Shown piece by piece: positions 57,802-64,000 of a stretch of 64,000 nt of DNA. The notes beneath the pieces are model-generated. The model saw nothing but the letters and a program-made list of their open reading frames with translations. It was not told where the DNA came from and did not search any database. Within the stretch, counting starts at the first letter, position 1, and each line of letters opens with the position of its first letter. The translations under genes and the position numbers were made by a program. The DNA comes from an uncultured Mycoplasmatota bacterium (GTDB lineage Bacteria; Bacillota_I; Bacilli_A; RF39; UBA660), in assembly GCA_900553395.1 (NCBI GenBank), contig USDJ01000008.1, positions 2,689-66,688 on the forward strand, read 5' to 3'.

Positions 57802-58713
57802 CTATTCTATTCCAGATGATTGATAAACATCATTTATTAAAATAATGGCATCTTTATCTATTTCCAAAATACCTTCTTTAGCTAAAAAATATTCGCTAGT
57901 CGGTATCACACATAAAATTACTTTTTTTCTGTCACCAGTATATCCTCCTCTACCCTCTAGGATAGTCACACCTAAACCAAGTTCATTCATTAAAAAGTTT
58001 TTTATAGCAGTTTCACTTTCAGTAATTATATAAAATGATTTAGATCTAGATATACCAAGCAACAATTTGTCATTTAGCATCGATATTATATATGTAGCAA
58101 GTATTGCATACATAACATTCTCCCACGCATATATAACACCATTTCCTATAAAGAAACCAGATGAAGCTATAACTAGTATATTGAATATTTTCATAGCTTC
58201 ACCTATAGAAATCTTCAAATATTTCGACATAATTTGACAAATTATGTCACTTCCACCGGTTGAGAATCCATATTTAAAAGTTAATCCTGATCCTATTCCA
58301 TATATCAAAGCACCAAATAACGCTATTAATAACATATTACTTACATCAAAATTAATATAAGTAGCAAAATCTTGTGTCAAATAAACAAATAACGGATACA
58401 AAATTGAGCCAATTACCGAATACTTAGTCACTTTTCCACCAAGTAAAAAATAACTAAGTATAAGCAGTGTAATATATGATGACCAAATAAATACTACAGT
58501 AGGTACTCCAAGAGCTTTTTCTATAACTATAGCAAGTCCAGATATTCCTCCGATTACTAAATTATTCGGTGAAAAAAACACATTAAATGAAACTGCTAAC
58601 AAAAAGCATCCTATAACAAGGTAAAAATATTTTATTACCTTATATTTTTTACTCAAAGCTTCAATTACGTTCTCTTGCTTTTTCTTCTTTTTAAAGAAAA
58701 ACATACTACTCAA
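57802..58713 (-). CDS. YitT-family membrane protein (DUF2179 C-terminal domain)
   Basis: Five or six TM helices followed by a soluble C-terminal domain (...GVTILEGRGGYTG...). Confidence 0.6.
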   Translation of the reverse strand: MSSMFFFKKKKKQENVIEALSKKYKVIKYFYLVIGCFLLAVSFNVFFSPNNLVIGGISGLAIVIEKALGVPTVVFIWSSYITLLILSYFLLGGKVTKYSVIGSILYPLFVYLTQDFATYINFDVSNMLLIALFGALIYGIGSGLTFKYGFSTGGSDIICQIMSKYLKISIGEAMKIFNILVIASSGFFIGNGVIYAWENVMYAILATYIISMLNDKLLLGISRSKSFYIITESETAIKNFLMNELGLGVTILEGRGGYTGDRKKVILCVIPTSEYFLAKEGILEIDKDAIILINDVYQSSGIE

Positions 58714-59810
58714 CTCCCATTTTCAAATTGTCAAAAATAAATTTATCTATATCGCCATCTAATACCCCATCTACATTAGTAATTTCAGTATTAGTTCTAT
58801 GATCTTTTACTAATTTATAAGGGCACATTGTATAAGTCCTGATTTGTGAACCAAAATTTATATCCATATTACCACCCTTTATGTTTTGTAACTCTTGCTT
58901 CCTTTTTTCTAACTCTAAATTATAAAGTTTATTTTTAAGAACAGTTAAACAAGTTTCTTTATTTCTTATTTGACTTCTCTCATTTTGACAAGTTACTACT
59001 ATTTTACTTGGAAAATGTGTAATTCTAACAGCGGATGGTGTAGTATTAACGCCCTGTCCACCATGTCCTGATGCACAATACGTATCTATTCTAATATCAC
59101 TATCTTTTATTTCTATATCAATATTAGAGTCATTATATAATGGTGTAATATCAACTGACGCAAAAGAAGTGTGACGCCTCTTATTAGAATCGAATGGGCT
59201 AATTCTAATAAGTCTATGTACACCTTTTTCATTTTTTAGGTATCCATAACTATTAAATCCTCTGATTATTATAGATGCACTTTTTATACCAGCTTCTTCA
59301 CCCAACTGATAATCAATCACTTCTACTTTTTTATCGTGTTTTTCACACCATCTTAAATACATTCTATAAAGCATGCTAGCCCAATCACAACTCTCAGTTC
59401 CTCCAGCACCTGGATGGATGTCTAAAATACAATCGCAAGAATCGTATTGGTCACTTAAAAGTAATTCTAATTGTACGTCATTCAACTCTTCTTCTATTAA
59501 TTTAATGTCAGATATAATAGATTCTTTCAAATCACTATCTTCTTCTTGCTTTAAAAGATTAATGATATCTATATTGTCATCAATCATTTTTTTTAAGCGT
59601 TCTACTTTAGATAGTCTTGACTTGATGCTATTATATTTATTCATAACCTCTTCACTGTTATTTTTATCTTGCCAAAAAGTCGGACTATTTATTTTATCTT
59701 CTAAGTCTAGTAAAATCTTCTTTTTTGATTCCGGGTCAAAGTGACCTCCATAATTCATCTACTTTATCTTTAAATTTTTTATATATATTTAATATTTCAC
59801 TAAGTTCCAT
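58706..59810 (-). CDS. prfB: Peptide chain release factor 2, programmed +1 frameshift at CTT TGA C (59735-59741)
   Basis: Frame 0 is MELSEILNIYKKFKDKVDELWRSL-TGA, with an internal GGAGG three nt upstream of CUU UGA C. The +1 frame continues DPESKKK... and carries SPF and GGQ motifs. GGAGGCTATT RBS before the ATG at 59810. Confidence 0.9.
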
Positions 59811-59892
59811 AATAGCCTCCTATAACATTATAGCATTATTATTATTTTTTTTAAATAGTTAGAAGCAAAAAAAGAAAGCCATAAGTATAGCT

Positions 59893-61212
59893 TTACTTAA
59901 ACTGAGGAGAACCAGTATTTGGATTTTGAAAAGGTTCAGCATATCCTTTATTAGAACCAGTTCCAGATAAAATCCTAATTAAATTTTCTGTAGACGAACT
60001 ATACTCTCCCACCTGATTTTCATAATCTTCTATTATCTTCAAATCAGCCTCAGTATCTTTAAATGTAATTTTCCTAAGGCCATCTGGATCTATGCCAGAA
60101 TTTTCAAACTCTAAAATCTTTGATAATATTGTATTAATTCTTTCTAACAAACTAGATAGAAGATTAATTCTATCTACATTATCGCAAAAGTTTAACCCTG
60201 AAAGTTCATCAGTATATTTTTGTAATAAGTCTTGATATGTTTTATTTAAATCAGCAGAAACGACTTTCTTACTTATTTCAATTAATAATTGTTTATACAT
60301 TTTAGAAAATTCATCAAAATCAGTTATATGAGCTTTCAAGTCTTGTAATCTATTGTCGATAGAATCATCAATTATACCAAGCCTATCATATTTTGAAACT
60401 AATTCATCATATTTTTTTACATTATCAAAGTAAGTATGAAAGACATTATTTATTGAAGCACGAAGTTCATTTAAAATAAAAGATGTGCTGTTTAACGAAA
60501 TTCCAAGTTTATCTATAGCAACTCGTTTTAGAGAATCAATAATATCTTTTAATGCATCATATCCAGCATAACCCTTAAATTCATCAGTCAAAGCGTCTAT
60601 AGCATTAATATTATGTTGTTTTATATATTTATAATACTTTTCTCTATAATCTTCTAATGATTTTGCAAATTCATCAGCAGTACACTCAAAATTAAAGTTA
60701 TATTTTAATTCATCAAATCCCACAGAAATGCAATAGCTATATCTATACTCTTCTAAAGTTTTTAAATATAATGATCTTAATTGAGATAAAAACTCACTAT
60801 AGCATTTTTCTACATCTTGTTTTGAATTACTTAATGAAATTTTTACATTAAATGTAAAAACTAAAAAATCAACACCATAAATTGAACTATCATTTTTTAA
60901 AAACACATAACGTCGTCCATTAGTTTTATAATTATTTATTAAATTACAATAATGACTTTTTGCATTGGATAATTCACTAGATTCATTATAGCTCCAAGAA
61001 TATGGATTACTTCTTAAATGATTAGTTAATATTTCTCTTGCTTCGTTTAACATCTGCGCTATTTCGATTTGATGCTTTTGAATCTCGTCAGACTCAGTAG
61101 AAAAATTATCAGGATGATTAGCGCTCATCTCACGTCTAAAAGCTTTTCTTAAATCATCTTGTGTAAATGGTTCTGTTAATTTTAGTACATTTAAAGCTTC
61201 TTTTATTTCCAT
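59893..61212 (-). CDS. J-domain protein with ~360-aa unassigned helical C-terminal region (paralog 1)
   Basis: N-terminal J domain with HPD (DDLRKAFRREMSANHPDNF). Colinear with the upstream paralog (YNFNFECTADEFAKSLEDYREKY vs YNFNLDCSAEEFIKQLKDYNSKY). Confidence 0.75.
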   Translation of the reverse strand: MEIKEALNVLKLTEPFTQDDLRKAFRREMSANHPDNFSTESDEIQKHQIEIAQMLNEAREILTNHLRSNPYSWSYNESSELSNAKSHYCNLINNYKTNGRRYVFLKNDSSIYGVDFLVFTFNVKISLSNSKQDVEKCYSEFLSQLRSLYLKTLEEYRYSYCISVGFDELKYNFNFECTADEFAKSLEDYREKYYKYIKQHNINAIDALTDEFKGYAGYDALKDIIDSLKRVAIDKLGISLNSTSFILNELRASINNVFHTYFDNVKKYDELVSKYDRLGIIDDSIDNRLQDLKAHITDFDEFSKMYKQLLIEISKKVVSADLNKTYQDLLQKYTDELSGLNFCDNVDRINLLSSLLERINTILSKILEFENSGIDPDGLRKITFKDTEADLKIIEDYENQVGEYSSSTENLIRILSGTGSNKGYAEPFQNPNTGSPQFK

Positions 61213-61229
61213 AAGTTACCTCTTTTCAA

Positions 61230-62519
61230 TTATTTGTGTTTCTTGGGTTGATCAGTTTCACCTGTACAACTATTTAATCCACCAATAATGCTTCTAATTC
61301 TAGCTTCAAATTGTGTAGCGCTTAGCTTCTCTCTTCTAGACATTTCCTCACATTTAGCTAAGATTTCATCATCACTATCAGAATCAAATGTTATTAAGCT
61401 TAAACTATCTAAAATTAAATCTGGAGAACTAAAATTCATTACTGATTTCAATATTTCACAAACTCTTTGCCAAGAATTATTAAGTGAATGAATTTTATCT
61501 TGACTTTTAGATGGCGCAAGTAATGATAATGAAGAAACATACTTACTAAGCAATTTATAGTATAACTTATCTATATTATCTTTCTTTGATTTCTCATTTA
61601 AGATAGGCATTATTTTTTCATATTGTGCATCAAACATATCAAAATTTGTCATATATGATTTTAATGCTTCTAATGAATCGGATAAATTTGGATCCATTAA
61701 TCCAAGAGAATCATACTTTAAAACTAAGTCGTTATATCTACTATAATTAGAAGAATAAGTATCCATAATATGTTGCATAGATAAATTAACATCTTCTAAA
61801 ATTGTGCTGAAATCAAATGAAATATCGTCAAGTCTAAAAATAGCTTGCTCCCTGATTCGCGCTATTTTATCTTGCATTTGTGAATATCCTAAATGTCCTT
61901 CATATTTTTTAATCACACCATTTATTAAACGCAAACGCTTCTCAAATATAAATTCTCTATATTTACTATTATAGTCTTTTAATTGTTTTATAAATTCTTC
62001 TGCTGAACAATCTAAATTAAAATTATAATTAAAGCTATCAGCTTCATACATACAGTAAACTTTTCTATATTTTTCAATAGCTCTTAAGTATAAATTACTT
62101 AAATCAGATTTAAATGAGTTTAAGCATTCCGTTACCTCAGATGTTGATCCACAGGCACGTATTTTGTTTTTATAGTTAGTATATAAAGCCTTAATATCTT
62201 GAACAAAACCACTAGAATTCGAATTATTTATTAGTCCAGATACTGTATATTGTCGAATCAAATCAATATAGCTACGCTTTTTTAGTTCTAGAGCATCACT
62301 ATCTTGATTATTTATTTTCTTTAAATAATTAACTAATGTTTCATATGCTTCATTCAATTGTTGCGCTATTTCATTTTGTTGCCTAACTACATCATTAGAT
62401 AAAGTTTCAAAAAGATCGGGATGATTCTCTTTCATCTTTTTGTAGTAAGACCTCCTCAAACTATCAAAATCAAAATCCAGATTTAATCCCAATATTTTCA
62501 AAGCTTCTATAGTTCTCAT
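61230..62519 (-). CDS. J-domain protein with unassigned helical C-terminal region (paralog 2)
   Basis: J domain with HPD (DSLRRSYYKKMKENHPDLF). GAGGTGTAAC RBS before the ATG at 62519. Confidence 0.75.
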   Translation of the reverse strand: MRTIEALKILGLNLDFDFDSLRRSYYKKMKENHPDLFETLSNDVVRQQNEIAQQLNEAYETLVNYLKKINNQDSDALELKKRSYIDLIRQYTVSGLINNSNSSGFVQDIKALYTNYKNKIRACGSTSEVTECLNSFKSDLSNLYLRAIEKYRKVYCMYEADSFNYNFNLDCSAEEFIKQLKDYNSKYREFIFEKRLRLINGVIKKYEGHLGYSQMQDKIARIREQAIFRLDDISFDFSTILEDVNLSMQHIMDTYSSNYSRYNDLVLKYDSLGLMDPNLSDSLEALKSYMTNFDMFDAQYEKIMPILNEKSKKDNIDKLYYKLLSKYVSSLSLLAPSKSQDKIHSLNNSWQRVCEILKSVMNFSSPDLILDSLSLITFDSDSDDEILAKCEEMSRREKLSATQFEARIRSIIGGLNSCTGETDQPKKHK

Positions 62520-62592
62520 GTTACACCTCATATATCATAAAAATTATAGCACACAAACGCTTTTTAAACAATAATAATTTAATTTTTAATAT

Positions 62593-63486
62593 TTAATTTA
62601 CAAATCTAAGCAAATATCCATCGGGGTCTTGTATTAAAAATTGTTTATCTAAGACATATTCATCATTAACTTTATATTTATCAAAATCAAGCTTTCTAAA
62701 TATTAAAAAATTATTATCTAATGCTTTTTTATATACTGCATCAATATCATTAACCGTAATACTTATATTAATTCCTCTACCAAATGGATACTCGAGTATT
62801 CCAACATTCCAATTATCATTTATTTGTTCAATCATCAATTGGTTACCTTCAAACTCTAGAAAGCAAAAATTGTCCTTCTTTCTTTCATATTTTATCTTAA
62901 ATCCCAAAGCGGTATAAAATTCTTTACTTTTTCTTATATCTCTTACACTCAGTTCAGGTATCAAACTATTAAATTTAATATGTTCATTTTTAGATAAATC
63001 CTTTTCATAGTAATTTACTAATACTTTACTTCCATCAGGATAATATTCATAGCAAGATTTAATATAGTTAGTAAACCCCCATCTAAAATATATATTAATA
63101 TTTCTAACTTCACTCGGCTCAACACCTAGTGTTAAATATTTAAAGCCTTTCTTCTTTAAGTCATTTTCCATAAATTTATATAATTTAGAAAAATATCCTT
63201 TAGACTCAAATTCTTTAAAAGTCCTAAAAGCAGTCAAATAGGCTCTTTTATTTCCTACTAATTTTTCTTTATTTTGAAGATTTAAATCATTACTAGAAAT
63301 AATAGCAGTACATTCTGTAATTATTTTACCATCTAATAGTCCCATATAAACTATTCTCGTATCTAAATTATTTAGAGATTCTTCCTTGAATTTTTTCCAC
63401 ATATCAGAATTATTATGCCTCTTTATCTCTTCATTCCATTTTTTTATAATTAAATCTTTACTAGCTATAACGCATTCGTAATTCAT
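62593..63486 (-). CDS. GNAT acetyltransferase fused to a glyoxalase/bleomycin-resistance (VOC) domain
   Basis: The N-terminal half has a GNAT-like AcCoA loop (FRTFKEFESKGYFSKLY). The C-terminal half has VOC patterns (LSVRDIRKSKEFYTALGFKI ... IQDPDGYLLRFV). AGGTGA RBS before the ATG at 63486. Confidence 0.6.
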   Translation of the reverse strand: MNYECVIASKDLIIKKWNEEIKRHNNSDMWKKFKEESLNNLDTRIVYMGLLDGKIITECTAIISSNDLNLQNKEKLVGNKRAYLTAFRTFKEFESKGYFSKLYKFMENDLKKKGFKYLTLGVEPSEVRNINIYFRWGFTNYIKSCYEYYPDGSKVLVNYYEKDLSKNEHIKFNSLIPELSVRDIRKSKEFYTALGFKIKYERKKDNFCFLEFEGNQLMIEQINDNWNVGILEYPFGRGINISITVNDIDAVYKKALDNNFLIFRKLDFDKYKVNDEYVLDKQFLIQDPDGYLLRFVN

Positions 63487-63599
63487 AATATCACCTGCTT
63501 TCATAAGTATATAATTTTTCATAAATAAAAGATATATTTATTTTATCATAAACATATCTTCATTCATAGCTATTTACAGCTTTTAATTATTATACAACA

Positions 63600-64000
63600 T
63601 TAAAATTTAATCTCTCCACCCAAAATATTTTTTAAATATTTTAAGTATAATTCAAATAAGTTGCACTTTTTTACATCATTTTTTACAGTGAGATCTATTT
63701 CATTTAAAATCTCATCTGAAGACATAACATATAGTTTGCCTACCACATCACCTGACTTTGTAGGTAATTTTATATTATTTAATTTTATATCATAAGTCGG
63801 AGTTATTTCACCATCAATCTTTTTATATAGTAAATTCACATCTTTCATTGGTACTATTTCTACTTCATCAACTTTTGCCTTAGTCAAGCTTATTTTTTTT
63901 ACTACACTATTTTTTGATAGCAACTTTTTAAGTCCCATTTGCGCAAATGCATAATCTAGCATTCCACTTACCTCATTATTTCTAGTAGAACTATCTGGCT
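63600..64000 (-). CDS. D-alanyl-D-alanine carboxypeptidase, C-terminal part (gene continues beyond the right edge)
   Basis: The frame is open from 64000 through the internal Met at 63962. PBP5-C-like beta-sandwich pattern (...VGKLYV......L.EIDL...). Confidence 0.55.
   Translation of the reverse strand, partial: PDSSTRNNEVSGMLDYAFAQMGLKKLLSKNSVVKKISLTKAKVDEVEIVPMKDVNLLYKKIDGEITPTYDIKLNNIKLPTKSGDVVGKLYVMSSDEILNEIDLTVKNDVKKCNLFELYLKYLKNILGGEIKF

Noticed and set aside
1-64000. Alternative genetic code (UGA = Trp), considered because of the very low GC content.
   Set aside because: prfB (RF2) is present with its UGA-dependent frameshift site. Several well-supported genes end at TGA, such as the 7TM sensor at 3954-3956. 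No conserved protein needs read-through of TGA.

Overview
The window is very AT-rich (roughly a quarter to 30% G+C by eye) and uses the standard bacterial code. It most likely comes from a spore-forming low-GC Firmicute, because it carries an SspI-type spore protein and two YjcZ-type sporulation micro-proteins. About 90% of genes are on the minus strand. Most of the window is housekeeping backbone: uvrA, mutS, tyrS, deoC, gpsA, folD, glyQS, trmB, prfB (with its programmed +1 frameshift), ftsEX, recX, a prsA-like foldase, htrA, signal peptidase I, a YlbL-type protease, a NifS-type desulfurase and a cadA/arsR metal-efflux pair. The clearly accessory part is 5.6-13.2 kb. There, a ~5.7-kb element with a large serine recombinase at one end sits exactly in the STFK active-site codons of a class B penicillin-binding-protein gene. 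attL and attR are readable, and attP and attB can be reconstructed. The element carries its own sigma-A-like promoter and a tight five-gene operon: a ParB/Srx-like protein, a membrane GT2 synthase-like protein, a deoxynucleoside-kinase-like P-loop kinase, a histidine phosphatase and an NDK-like protein. I cannot assign this operon to any described pathway, so it is my best candidate for an undescribed system. Next to it lies a deletion scar: a truncated sortase B gene converging on a truncated PBP 3' end. Other points of interest: two tandem paralogous J-domain proteins with a large unassigned helical C-terminal region; a LuxR-type two-component system with an extra 7TM pseudo-kinase-like partner, flanked by two secreted-protein genes that share a conserved promoter block; T-box leaders before deoC-tyrS and glyQS; an orphan Flp pilin; a degenerate GGDEF protein; and a GNAT-VOC fusion. 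All domain calls rest on motifs read by eye, with no database search run. I saw no rRNA, tRNA or CRISPR array.
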